Source: Octopus vulgaris
Lineage: Eukaryota
Assembly: GCA_951406725.2 (NCBI GenBank)
Contig: OX597824.1
Coordinates: 13,516,001 to 13,580,000 of the forward strand
Length of the DNA: 64,000 bases
Direction of reading: 5' to 3'
The translations under genes and the position numbers were made by a program. Below are positions 1 to 13,052 of the stretch, piece by piece. The notes beneath the pieces were generated by a model. That model ran no database searches. It was given only the letters and a program-made list of their open reading frames with translations, and was not told the DNA's origin. Positions within the stretch are counted from its first letter, which is position 1, and every line of letters starts with the position of its first letter.

Positions 1-1063
1 ATGAACAAATTAAATAATGGTAAATTATTGTTTACTTTATAAATTTTTTATCTTTTCATTTTTTAGAATCTTCCAGAGGGTGAAATAAATAATTTTAATG
101 GTGGGTCTCATGGGTTTACGAAAACCATTTGAAAGAAAAATGTCGATGATTGCGCGTTGGACGTTGGACACAAACCTATATTCTCTGTAAATATGACTGA
201 TGTGGGAAATCATTGACTTCTTTCATATGTGTATGTGCAACTGTGTGTATCTATATGTGAGCCTAGCTCTATGTATTTGTGTCGGCATTTGTATACAAAT
301 ATTATTGAAACATTCATATTGCAATTTCCAATTGATGAGATACGAATCTAATAATTATTTGATTGAATTAGAAGATATTAATCGAATACAACATCTTCTA
401 CGTTGATGAGAAGCGGTTGCGATTTAACTTCTTAAAAATAAACATTATACAGTTTAACAAGACGACGAAATGGTAGAGTCTTGGAGCACCGAATAGAATA
501 TTCTGCCTTGTTGGCTTCAACTTTCTACATTAAGATCTCACCGATATAAACTTTGATTTCTTCCCTCCAAGATCGATAAATAAGGTACAAATTAGCACTA
601 CGTTTGATTCTTCTCCATATCTTTTGTCGGAGTTTTCAGTGAGAGACAAGTAAGTTCTTCACGTAGGTAAAAAAATGATATTCAACCAGATTTCTTCTAA
701 GACTCGACGATTTACTATGCTACACGGAACATAGCAAATACAGAAGAAAAATATAATTAAAAGCTACAGGAACGTTTATATAAACTATTGAAACTAAGTG
801 ATAGCTATAGCATATATCTGAGGTTGCAGTTTAAAACTCGTTGTAACCGTCATTGGTGTTTTGCACGTTTGCTTTCGTTGTTCGGAGCCTTATGAAATAG
901 GCGTTCTAGCGGCACGCAATCCGTCTTTTTATAGGCGCAGGAATGGCTGTATAGTAAACAATCTTGCTGTGCAACCACTTGGTTCCAGGTTCAGTTCAAT
1001 GCTCAGGCCGACCAATATTTACTGTGTACCAATTTGGTACACAGTAAATGTTCAAGACCATCG

Positions 1064-1134
<71 letters not shown>

Positions 1135-1261
1135 CAGTATAGTGTAATTTTAGGGAACTTTTGGGTTATTCTTAGCTGGCTGTGATTACGTTGACGTCAT
1201 ATTGGGTAGTTTCTCTTCAAAAGTCATAAAATGTTGATGCGTCGGAATACGATGCATAACA

Positions 1262-1662
1262 AGAGTGGCTGTGTGGTAAGAAGCTTGCTTACGAACCACA
1301 TGGGTCCGGGTTCAGTCCCACTGTGTGGAACCTTGGGCAAGTGTCTTCTACTATAGCCTCAGGTCGACCAAAGCCTTCTAAGTGGATTTGGTAGACGGAA
1401 ACTGAAAGAAGCCCGTCGTAAATATGTATATATATATGCGTGCATATGTTTGTGTGTCTGTTTTTGTTCCACCAACATCGCTTGACAACCGATGCTGGTG
1501 TGTTTACGTGCCCGTAAGTTAGCGGTTCGGCAAAAGAGACTGATAGAACAAGTACTAGGCTTACAAGGAATAAGTCCTTGGGTCGATTTGCTTGACTAAA
1601 GGCGATGCTTCAGCATGGCCACAGTCAATGACTGAAACAAGTAAAAGAGAGTAAAAAGAGAG
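1262..1662 (+). mobile_element. tRNA-derived SINE, family A
   Basis: Head tggctgtgtggtaag (A-box-like) and ggttcagtccc (B-box-like), internal microsatellite, tail cagcatggccacagtcaatgactgaaacaagtaaaagag. Four near-full copies in the window. Confidence 0.85.
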
Positions 1663-1980
1663 AGTAACATATGTACAGGACAATTGAATTTTGGTGAAGG
1701 GCCGTGAACCATCAAATCTCGTTCGGCACATCATGACTGGTACATATTTCACTATCCTACAATAAAGACATACAAAATAGTTCCACCATTCCATAGCAAA
1801 CCTGTTGTACTACACTTTGACAATTTTAGATATCTTGACATCAGAAGGAGCTGGAGATACGATAGTATGACGAAAAGAAACGGCCATTGCAAGCAAAAAA
1901 CGCATTTGGCCGAATTTAGACATACGACAGTTTAACATAGTAGCAACAATGTGTGTGTGTGTTTGTGAGTGTGTGTGTGT

Positions 1981-2020
<40 letters not shown>

Positions 2021-3586
2021 CTATGTATGTATTTACAAACCTCAATAAATAAGGCATGAACATTTGTCCATTATTGCAACAATCCACTGTTCAGACGTTG
2101 CGTTGTTATATATTACCAAAAACAGAAAACTGAACGGATGTGTTGCTATACTGCGTTCGTTAAGATCACTTGTTTTTCTCAATATCTACATTAATATAAT
2201 GGTTTCTAATGAAGGTAAAATTACAATCTATGTCGCATACACCTTCCACTTTCACTAGTTCAAACATTATGCTGAAGGCGCTCAACGCATATATATATCG
2301 TTAGTTGCATACACTGTCTCACACCTGGTCTATTTTATTGTTATTTGTAAATTTAAGTTAAGGATATTTTCATCAAGTACATTAGAGTAAAAAGAAATAA
2401 GATGTACCTTGTAGAGTTCAGATATATCTTGTTCAACATAGATTCACGCCTCACGATGTATTTCAAAGACGCAATGACTGCACCTTAATCTTTATTAATA
2501 CAAAACCAAGCCGGCAAATTGTAGTCGAATACAATAACTTGCGGTATATCATCTGAGGTTTGACTCGCATAATTCAATTCGTGCCAAAATCAACTTTGCC
2601 TTTCAGGGTCAATGCAATGCATGGGTGAATCTGAAATTATGTTGGGAGACAATTGGCCAAGTAGCCACGCAATGGGATTGATCTCTTAGCAGCGTGGTTT
2701 GCAGAAAGCTTTTTTGTCATAGAAATTTCCCTGCTGCTATATTGATTATATATCGGAGCCAAATGCCAATCGTCTAGACATTCTGTTATAGTTACACATA
2801 ATACTGCCGGTTCTTTGAAACATTGAAGCAACTAGACAACTAGGGAAATGCACATACGTTCACACTACGCACACAGAGGCGTGTGTGCGGATATTCTTGT
2901 ATGTAGGTCGATCTCCCGCTCGTCTCCCATTCGGATTATCTATCTGTTTCTCTTTTTCTACCTCATTCTTTTTCCCTATACACACAGAGATTTATATATA
3001 TATATATATATATCCATGTTTGTCTGGTTTTATTGATAGGTATATTTTACGCATGAATAATTTGAACTTCTTTCGCACTAAGCTATAGGTGTGTGTGTGT
3101 GCTTATGTATGTATTAGACGCAGTCTAATAATTCCAATCACGCTTCAATAGCTAAGATGAAAAGACAAAGAGAATGAAAAATATGAAAAGCGGAAAGAAA
3201 AAAACGGAAGGCAAATGAACAAAATAGTTATTCCCCTGGGTGAAATCCCGTCCCCACTCCACATTTTTTTTTCGTTTCTTTGTTATTATTCCTTCTTTAT
3301 TCTTCAATGATTTACTCTTTTCAACATGCAGTTAGTTTTATGATGTGTACAATTAATTGTATCTAGGTACATACGATTACACATGCATGATTTAATATGT
3401 ATTGGCTGATTTATATCTACATGTGGTTTATTGTTACAGTTCTGCGTTGTATAGATAGAGTTAGAGAAAGTTCATGAAAACTAAGAACTTATAATCGATA
3501 GCGTTCGAATTGAAATGCAACCATTAAATTGACTATAATATACAGGGATAATGAGGGCACACACAATTACATACGTGCACATGCCC

Positions 3587-3660
<74 letters not shown>

Positions 3661-4155
3661 GCATACATATATAAATTCAGCAAAAATTTAGATTCAAATG
3701 AATAGTACTTAATTTATATATATATATATACATATATACAAACATACATATTAATGACAAGAGAATAGGAATCGCGTAATGACATTCATTACGCGACTGC
3801 TGTAATATGTTGTACGTATATTTCGAGCCGAGTACTTATGCAACATCCAATAGATTTCCCGGATCCACTGAAATTACGTGTATATATATTTCAGAAAGCA
3901 TTTAAATAAATAGTGTTGCTACATCCAGATCCACATGCGTAGTTAAATAATACGGTTTATGTGTCAAAATACACACTGAGAAATCTCTTAGGGTATATAT
4001 TTTACTTTCCATGGGATATTGAATGTCCAGCTTTTCAGAGCAACTGATCGATTTCGTTTCAGTAAGGAATCATGATTCTTTATTCTGAAGAAACCTGTCA
4101 ATCATTATACAGCATAGTAGGTTCAAATCTTTCACTTGATATACATATATATATA

Positions 4156-4348
4156 GGGAGAGTTCACGAAAAAACAAAAGACGAAGACAGGTGGTGTACA
4201 AAGCAAACAGATGTATTAGTATAACGCTCAGGAATAGAAAAAGTATTTTACGTTTCGAGCCTACGCTCTTCTACAGAAAGGGACACAGAAAAAAAAACAA
4301 GGAGAGACAAAAGAATGTGTGTAGTGGCTACCGATCTATCATGTCGAC
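4156..4348 (-). mobile_element. About 190-bp (TA)n-associated element with hammerhead-like core (family HH2, copy 1)
   Basis: Minus strand CTTT-CTGTAGA-A-GAGC-GTAG-GCTC-GAAA-CG-TA-AAA at 4246-4280; five copies in the window. Confidence 0.7.
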
Positions 4349-4357
4349 TGATATATA

Positions 4358-5867
4358 CAACTACTTGCTTCTCGAATCTATCCGGAATCGCAGTGTGGCT
4401 TTAGAAGAAGCAGATCAACTATCGATATGATATTCTCCATACGCCAACTTCAGGAGAAGTCCAGAGAGCAGAAAATGCCATTATATATGGCCTTCATTGA
4501 TCTAACAAAGGCTTTTGACTCGGTAAGCAGAACAGGCCTCTTCCTCCTGCTCCAAAACATCGGATGTCCACTAAAGCTGCTGAAGATCATCAAGTCTTTC
4601 CATGATGACATGCAAGGCACCATACAGCACAACGGTTCAACATCTGCCGCCTTCCAAATAAAAAACGGGGTAAAGCAAGGCTGTGTCCTCGCTCCTACAT
4701 TGTTTGGCATCTTCTTCTCACTCTTACTTTCACATGCCTTTCAGACATCAGATGATGGAGTGTTTCTGCACAGTAGAAGTGACGGGAAACTGTTCAATCT
4801 CTTGCGCCTGCGTGCCAAGACCATAATCAGAAACGTCCTGATCAAGGAGATGTTATTTGCTGATGATGCCGCTCTGGTAACACACACAGAAGAAGCCCTC
4901 CAAAGGCTCATTAACTGTAACGACTTTGGCTTAGCTATCAGACTTAAGAAGACCTACATCATGGGCCAGGCTACATCGGACATCCCAAACATACATATTG
5001 GAGACCACAGATTAAAGAGGTGGAGAAGTTTACCTATCTGAGCTCTACCGTCACCTACAACCTATCCCTTGACGCTGAGCTCAATATACGCATTGGCAAG
5101 GCAGCTGCTGCGATGGCCCAACTCTCCAAACGGGCTTGGGACAGCAATAAGCTGACCAAGACCACGAAAATGAAGATCTACCAGGCATGTGTACTCAGCA
5201 CTCTACTGTATGGAAGCGAGACCTGGACGCTATACACACGCCAAGAGCGTCGCCTAAACATCTTTCACCTGCGCTGCCTCCGAAAAATCCTCCGCATCAA
5301 ATGGCAGAATCATATCCCCAACAAAGATGTCCTCAGGCAAGCAGGAATACCAAGCATGTTTGCACTCCTCACACAAAGACGTATGAGATGGCTTGGGCAT
5401 GTTAGCCGTATGAAAGATGGCAGAATCCCCAAGGACATACTCTACGGAGAGCTTGCTAGGGGTACTAGGTCTGTGGGTAGACCGATCTTACGTTACAGGG
5501 ATGTTTGCAAAAGGGATATGAAGGCCTGCAACATCAATATTAGCGATTGGGAGGCAGTTGCCGGCAACCGTGGAGAATGGCGACGTACAATAAAAGATGG
5601 AATACAAAAGAGTGACAGAGAGAGAGAGGAGAAATGGAAAGAAAGGAAGAGACGTAAACAAGAGACTATGGCACTACAACCAGCCAGGAACAGTCTTCGC
5701 TACATTTGCGGTACCTGCCAGAGGGAGTGTTTGTCCAGGATAGGACTACACAACCACAGCAGGAAATGTATCAGGACATGAAATATAAAAGCCGGACTAG
5801 ACTACAAAAAAAAAAAAGAACATGCGCAACTCCATTGTCTCCCGAGACAGAAAGGATGCCAATAATA
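4358..5867 (+). mobile_element. 5'-truncated RTE-clade LINE with frameshifted reverse transcriptase
   Basis: Frame starts QLLASRIYPESQCGFRRSRSTIDMIF and contains AFIDLTKAFDSV, GVKQGCVLAPTLF and LFADD. Frameshift near 5010-5020, then LLYGSETW, RMRWLGHVSRM and a C-terminal CxxC...HxxxC motif to the stop at 5781. RTE-type 3' end ccattgtctcccgagacagaaaggatgcc followed by aataata. Confidence 0.92.
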
Positions 5868-7041
5868 TTGCAAGCATTCTAGTCAATTGTCTAGCTTCAA
5901 AATGCCTCTCCTGCTTCCTCTCACCTAATTTGAAAAACCGGGAAAAAATTCTAAGTGACGCGAGCTTTTTCTTTCTTCTCCACCTATGGGTTAAATAAGA
6001 GAACTGTTAGATGGAAGACTAGCTTGTCATGTCAGATTTTTTGGTGTGCAGATATTGCATGGTATCACTAAAGTTTTGTTGCCATTAAACTTTCTGAGAA
6101 CTCAATTAACCATGAACACTATGAGCTACTAAGGTTATTGCTTCTCTAGCCCACGAGCAATGGTAAAACGAATAGGGATCATAGTTTGTTTTCTCTACTT
6201 CTGTATATCTTTATTTATTTAGTTTTGGTTCCTACAAGATCACATAGTGTAGCAAAGTTGTTCATCAGCAGAATTTCTTGGATGTTGTCCACAGATATTT
6301 ATGAGACTACAGAGTGAATATTTCGCAAGTGTGTTGTTTCATTCAGTGTTGTGTAGAAACTGCTGCACACGAATTTCTAAACGATGACTATGGTGAGATA
6401 CTGTGATCCAATGGCAAAATTTCCACGTTTATTCGTAGTAACAAACTATTACAGCTTTAGCCTTCCATCCAGCTGTTATATATAAATGATGCGCTTCCAC
6501 TTGTTTGCCAGGTTCGGGACTTCATTGCATTCATAAGAGACAAGTGTTTTATCGAGACCCGGATACTCGAATGCAACGAGTTTTTCTTGGGAAAGGTAAC
6601 TTAAAATATCACCTTCCCAGGTTGACTCCGAGAAAAGTCTGATACCGTATGCAAAAAATCATTATATTAATCCGATAGAATTTATGCGAGCAAGCGAGGT
6701 CGTGCAGTTAAAATCGTCGGTTGATTATCAAATATTTAACTATATTCAAAATATATAGCACTCTTGGCATGTGACCTCTGCTGAGGTCAACACAAGTCTT
6801 CTGAGTGGAAATGAACGAGCGGAAACTGAGCCGAATCTGCCAAATAAACTGTTTTGGATGAGGTGTGATTGATTCTCGCTTACGCCCCTTCTATCTCTGA
6901 AATCTGGAAAAGAGCCAAAGAGGTCAGTCTACTTGGTTTTCTTAGACGACCAAAATCGCAAAATAAATATCTCAAATAAAACACTTAAAAAAGGAAAAGA
7001 TATTGCATATTGTATTTCTAGTTATACCAAAATATTTGATA

Positions 7042-7436
7042 CTAGCAGTATCGCCCGGCGTTGCTCGGGTTTGTTTCGACCCTTTAGAATTGGAATTTTT
7101 GAAAAGTAAAAATTTTGCATTATGTAACTTGTTATTCTCTTTAAGTGAACATTTTTCTGGTTGAAATTCACCGAAAAATGGCGACACAGCAGTCAAACAA
7201 TCGTAAAAAAATAGGGATTTTCATAGAAAATAAGCACCTTTTTGATGTAAATAAACTTTTGGTGTTAACATGGTCCGATTTGAATTTTTTTCTTCTACGG
7301 AAGGAAGAACAAGCCTTCTTCTATCATACTCTCAATTTTGGTTAACTTGCGCCGCAGGGTCTCGGAGGAGATAATGTTAGTTGAAGGCTACCCAACCTGC
7401 CATACACAGACAACTTCAGCTTTATATATAGAGAGA
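7042..7436 (-). mobile_element. Non-autonomous Helitron
   Basis: Minus strand starts TC (TCTCTCTATATATAAAGC) and ends CTAG, with subterminal hairpin CCCGAGCAACGCCGGG about 12 nt from the 3' end. Inserted between A and T without a TSD. Confidence 0.8.
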
Positions 7437-7657
7437 TATTTGTGCCTGAAACGCTGTTGATCAAAAATCTCTCTTCGACCAGAACCAATTTTAGGCTAAG
7501 CACCATCTTTCTCATTAAAATACCGCTTTCTCATTAAAATCATTTTATTTTCTCTGTTAGTAAATTTAGTAAAGAACAATTACCCTGGTTTTTCATCATT
7601 CCCCGTCTGTTCTGCAGGCTCCTACACCGTTTCCTCTTTATCATTTAGCAAATTACT

Positions 7658-7695
<38 letters not shown>

Positions 7696-9314
7696 CTTTT
7701 GCTATTGTTTTGCTTTTGTTTTCTATTGTTTTTGTAATTGGACTCATTCGCTGTAACCTTTAGCTTAGTGTAATTCTTATCAAATACACGTCTATATTCT
7801 AAAGTAAATTGAACGGAATTATTTGACAAAACCTGATTGTGATGCTGGCTGTGGATTGAAATATGAACGCATTAACCTTCTTTGTGTCTGATATACACAA
7901 TACATGCATATATATATATATATATATATATGTAACATCTAAAATCACGTGCATCGTACATAATTTATTCGTCTATAGAATATGTCTGTATTATCTCATA
8001 TGTTACAGTGGCTTTTTCTGTCACAATACAAGTGAATCGGACTGCAAGATAATGCACATAATATACCTACCTTGACTTTTTAAAGTCTCTATTATTTCTC
8101 ATTCGATATTAGAATGTTATCATTTTAAGGTCGAAAAGTGTATTACCATAACGGCAACAGTATGTATGTGTACGTGCTTTATTCAATATTCTATATTCTG
8201 GCACATTCTAAAGATCAAAGATACAGGAAATCATTATTATTGCGCTGTTTCTAAATGGAGATTTCTATCGACGTTTCATCAGAAATTCGAAGATGAAGAG
8301 ATTTTTCGCTTGTTTTCCTTCGATAATACACAAAATATTCTGAAATACAAATTAAAATCGAACGCTAATGGGATTTAAATCATGTACTTTGCTTCATGTC
8401 AGTATTTTACGGTATTCCTTGCTTCTTCATTATCATACTATTGATTTCAATTGGGTGTTTAAACATTTCATGCAAAACTGTGCCAGTTTCATCGCTCGCT
8501 GCTAAGTTATTACATTAGACAGTTTGAGAATTCAGGCTCTGACCCTTTAACGATTGGAATAAATGTTTAGCAGTGACAGCCATTAACCATACATTAGACA
8601 TTCTGTAGGATGGATTTGTATGCTCGAATCCATACTATTTCAGGTTATAAACAGAGGAGGAGTTGAATATATAATCTAAAACCAAAAAAAAAAGGTAATA
8701 AAACGTAACGAAAAACGCATACTAAATATGGTCATTGCACCTTATAGTGAATGAACACAGCTCGGTAGAATGCGCAATTGAAATATAAATCCTCTGGTTC
8801 TCGTGGAGTAGATTCCATTGCTAGTAGTTGGCCCAGTTTTCTCTTCTTAGGTTTTCTGTTCTGAGTAAGATTTAAGATAAAAATCTTATTAGCAGATAGA
8901 CTTTTAAAATAACTGAGGAGACTTACTCAAGTCTCAAATATATTGTCATAACAAGTAGATCAAAAGTCACGCGATACATGCGAGATTGCTGGAGATTATT
9001 CAGGTAAGTAAATGCAAAACGAGTCAGTTGAGATATTTTGACACAGACAAGGTGACAAAATGTCACGATTTGCTAAGTTTTACATTTGGGAAAGTGAAAT
9101 TCGATAACATTGAAAATCGAAACAATTTAAGTACTATACGCTACACGAGGCAAATTTAACAGTTTCTAAATTGAAACACAAATCTTTTTCGTTTATGCAA
9201 TAAAGACTGGGATTATGAATTCAGCCTCTCAGTAACTTTTGTGAAAGGATGTTATGCACAATTTATGTACTGTTAACCCGAGTCAACAATTTCGGCAGCA
9301 AGACTCTATGTATG

Positions 9315-9352
<38 letters not shown>

Positions 9353-9468
9353 TACCATGTTTTAATTGATGAAACTCACGTCTGTCTATATACCTACCCT
9401 CTTTGTAATGTTGACAAATGGAATAAGTATAAAAATGAACATTGTCAATTTAATTTTAAAAATTCTTT

Positions 9469-9558
9469 ATGTGCCTGAAGAGTGCTCTACATTTTAAAAC
9501 TGATGTAATACTTACATTGTTTAATTAAATGAAATAGCATGAAACAATTGTACTACAT
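9469..9558 (+). ncRNA. Type-I minimal hammerhead ribozyme motif, paralogue of 52787-52873
   Basis: CTGAAGA (9475-9481), stem II GTGCT/AGCAT, GAAA (9541-9544), palindrome AC-AATT-GT, GUA; stem I ATGTGC/CTACAT is imperfect. Confidence 0.6.
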
Positions 9559-9643
9559 TACCTTTGGATATCCTTGTTGCTTATTTTGATTTAATATATA
9601 TATGTTTCTGTATGTGTGTGCGCGCGCGCATGTATGTATTTGA

Positions 9644-9920
9644 AGTGGCGTGGCTTAGTGGTTACCGTATTAAGCTCACGGTCGCAAAGTCGTGAGTTCG
9701 ATTCCCGGCGGTGCATTCAGCTGGCAAAAATGACTTGTATTTGTAATTCAAATGGTCAAACTTATCACATTATGTGTCATGCTCATTCTTCCTGAGAACT
9801 ACGTTAAAGGTACGCGTTTCTATGGAGTACTCAGCCACTTGCCTCTTAATTTTACAAGCAGGCTGTACTGTTGTTTAGATCAACTGAAACCTCCGTCGTC
9901 ATAACCGACAGGATGCAAAT
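9644..9920 (+). mobile_element. tRNA-derived SINE (head H2 + tail T1)
   Basis: A box tggcttagtgg, B box gttcgattcc, tail ...gagaactacgttaa...gcaggctg...cgtcgtc. Confidence 0.75.
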
Positions 9921-10527
9921 TATATGTGTGTGTGTGTGCGTTGGCACGCGCGTATGTGTTTATAAGCCAAAATAATGCAAATAATAAATATTAACAATAC
10001 AGGTGGGCGATTAGTGCTATTACCTGGTATCTCGATATTTCAAGATTAGGACCTCTTCTTCGGGAAATTTACGGACAAAGCTCGTTGACAATGTTTTTGA
10101 TTTCTAGTTTGGGCATATGACGGGTCATTTTACGTTTATCGTTTCTAGACATTTGCATATGTAGTATGACTTATACGCATCCAAACATTTTTGCAAAAAC
10201 AGTACAACAAACAATGAATAATTTCAACGCAAGATCACAGACGATGTATAGTTTCCCCATGGTATTTACTACATCATTTATAAAATAAGGAGCGCCATTC
10301 TTCATCCAGCCGTCACCAAAAGTTCGAGAATATTTGTTCCATTATTAAGTAAGACTTTTGATTAAGAGCTATAAGCCTGAAAATCTAGAAATTTTGTGTC
10401 TGACAGAGAACCACGCATACATGCATACAAACACATACATACATACATACATACAAGCATATATGAATGTGTGTGTATGTAGGCATGTGTGCGCGTGTGT
10501 TTGAATGTATATATATATATATATATC

Positions 10528-10782
10528 AGATGTTGCTACACATCGCTGGTCACAATGCGCTTCACATTGTTTTAGCCTTCAAATGACGCCATCCTGCTGG
10601 CTAAGAAAGAGTGTGAGAAAGCTGTGGCGAAGGAGTACAGCATGGAGTGCTACGACCCCTTGCCGGAGCCTGGTGGAGCTTTAGGTGTTTTCGCTCAATA
10701 AACACTCACAACGCCCGGTCTGGGAACCGAAACTGCGATCCTACGACTGCGAGTCCGCTGCCCTAATCACAGGGTCATTGTG
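10528..10782 (-). mobile_element. tRNA-derived SINE (head H1 + tail T3)
   Basis: Head matches 35170-35353; the tail differs from the other copies. Confidence 0.7.
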
Positions 10783-12039
10783 TGTGTCTGTGTGTGTGTG
10801 TGTGTGTGTATGTGTGTATGTGTGTGTTAATTTCACACAATGTATGAATTAAAGTAATCTATAAAATCTATACAAATGCATAAACGTTTATTTTTGTTTT
10901 GTTTTGTAGCTCCAGTTTGTTTCTAATTGATCTCACCTGTTGTCAAAGACGTTCTAGACATGCCCATACTTCCTAACATTAAGCAAGGGTGTATCTTAGA
11001 AACCACATTGGCCTATTTATTATTCAGTCAGAAAGGAGAGTAGTGCATGATCTCAGCACGATTAAGGCGACATTTGAAACTGTTTGAGCAACCATATCAA
11101 TATAATATATTGTTGTACTAGTGAACATCTGTTACTTATACCGTGGGCGGTTTGCCCATCCCTATCAAAAACAAAAGAAAAAAGGCCAAGCATTCGGCAA
11201 AATGGGCTTCTCTACACGCTTGTTCATATACTACCGGTGTTCCTTATATTTTTCATCTTCCTTGGTCGATAACTTATATTATTGGAAACTTACGGGTCCA
11301 TTTTATTGCCTGTACTCACCATTTTTACTGGTGGTTCAGAAAAATAAATATTCTAATTATACAATCGTAGATATATCTATTCAGCATATTTATAGTAATT
11401 GGAAATCGATTATCCTAGACATTCTACCTGTGCAAATAGAAGAGTCTATCTACAAATCAACATCAGGTGTTTTATGTGGTTTGCTCATTCGATCTGCTAT
11501 AAATACTAACCTTAAAATAAAGGAAGGACACATTAGGTGATATAGACCAAGATACATTGTATCTGGAAAACGGAAGGTACGGGCAGAGCTGGAATAATTG
11601 TGATCATAGATCTAGCGGATCAATATTCACCAGGTGTTAATGACTACCATCACCAGCACAACCACTATCAGCAGTAGCAACAACAGCAACATCAACCTCA
11701 TGAACAACTAGTAGCGCACTTAAAAAAAAATTGAAAATCATATTTTCAACCACGAACGCACGCACGCACACATTATGTGTGTGTGGGGCGAGTGGTGTTT
11801 GTTTGTGTATTATTTATATATATGTGTGTATATATGTGTGTATGTATGTGTGTATTTATATACATACATATATATATACAAAATGGGACAAGAAGGCAAA
11901 ACATCCGGACAAATAGGTGATACCAAAAGGGACAACAAAACATCCAGATAGACGATGCAAAAAACACGGACGCGTCATTCGAAGCCTTTAATCTTCAGTC
12001 AAGAACTGGATCATCCTCGCAATTTCAACCTTCTCTGCG

Positions 12040-12362
12040 AAGGCCAATGGCTTGGGGGTTAGAGGTATTTGGTTCACCATAACAAGGTCGTGAGTTCTAA
12101 TCCCAGGGGTGATTCGTATCCTCGAGCTAGTCATTTTATTGCACGTTGCTCCAGTCCACTTCGGTGACAAAAATATGTTCTACCTGTATTTCAAAGGGCC
12201 AAACTTGTTACATTTTGTGTCACACTGAATCTCCCTGAGAACTATGTTGAGGGAACAGGTGTCTTTGGAGTGGACAGCTCCTTGCATATTAATTTCTCAA
12301 GCAGGCTGTTCTGCTGGTCGGATCAACTGGAACACTCGTCGTCGCAACTGACGGAGGGCCAG
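12040..12362 (+). mobile_element. tRNA-derived SINE (head H2 + tail T1)
   Basis: Matches 9644-9920 and the reverse complement of 13993-14290. Confidence 0.75.
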
Positions 12363-12585
12363 TAATTTTCTTTGGACTGCGAACAAAAGATCTGTGTTTT
12401 GTGAAATTTAAATTGTCTTTTTAATTGTGCATTTACTTTTGCTTTACAAAAGAGAATTATGTTCATTTTATTTCACAAATAATTTCTATGATGTTACTAA
12501 AAAAATCAATAGTTTATAATATATTTCTATTAAATATTTACGGAAAATTGAAATTTGCTTATTTCTTCTTTCATAAATCTTTCAG

Positions 12586-12729
12586 AAATCAAAGAAGCTT
12601 TTCAAATGTTCGATATTGACCATGATGGTCAAATCACGAGTAACGAACTGAAAGCAGTAATGAAATCATTGGGTCAAACACCTTCCGAACAGGATTTGGA
12701 AGAAATGATCAGAGAAGTTGACACAGACG
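12586..12729 (+). CDS. Squidulin-like / calmodulin-like EF-hand protein, internal coding exon (EF-hand 1 and start of EF-hand 2)
   Basis: Acceptor ...tcataaatctttcAG at 12585, donor G|GTAAGT at 12730; 144 nt, phase 1-1. Encodes (E)[47 protein letters not shown](G). Length and position match the 144-nt exon of metazoan calmodulin genes. Confidence 0.95.
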
Positions 12730-12789
12730 GTAAGTGAAAAAATTTATTTAGTTATCCTCATGGAGTCTCTTCTGCTTCTTTGCATTGGA

Positions 12790-13052
12790 ATGTCACAGCC
12801 CCGGTACTGTGGGAATGTGATTAGAATATCGTGGGAAAGACGAATTCTTCAAGCCTACCCAACCGGCAGGAGACCTGCGGATAAATTGAAACTGAGATTG
12901 TTGGGTAATATCCGTAGTCTGAGGTGGTCACGCTTGGGAATCCAGTCAGAAATTGTAAAGACAGTTGCTTCTGATAGCATCCTGTTGAGGATCCTCTATC
13001 TAACGACCCTCGCAGGAAGAGTAGGTGGAGATAATGGGTGGATAGATGGAGG
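12790..13052 (+). mobile_element. Degenerate 3' fragment of an Expander/Rex3-like RTE LINE
   Basis: Translation RRILQAYPTGRRP...LRWSRLGI resembles the RTE C-terminus GxRPxGRPxxRW...LAWxRLGI. Ends gaccctcgcaggaagag...aatgggtggatagatgga, a (GATG)n-type tail. Confidence 0.6.

Noticed and set aside
67-100. Possible 34-nt N-terminal exon (ttttAG|AAT CTT CCA GAG GGT GAA ATA AAT AAT TTT AAT G|GTGGGT)
   Set aside because: The phases would fit, but NLPEGEINNFN does not align with the calmodulin/squidulin N-terminus and the donor is weak. Not supportable without transcripts.
12555-12737. Treating the ORF-track EF-hand fragments as separate small genes or as canonical calmodulin
   Set aside because: They are exons bounded by splice sites that join in frame, and the sequence differs too much from near-invariant calmodulin.
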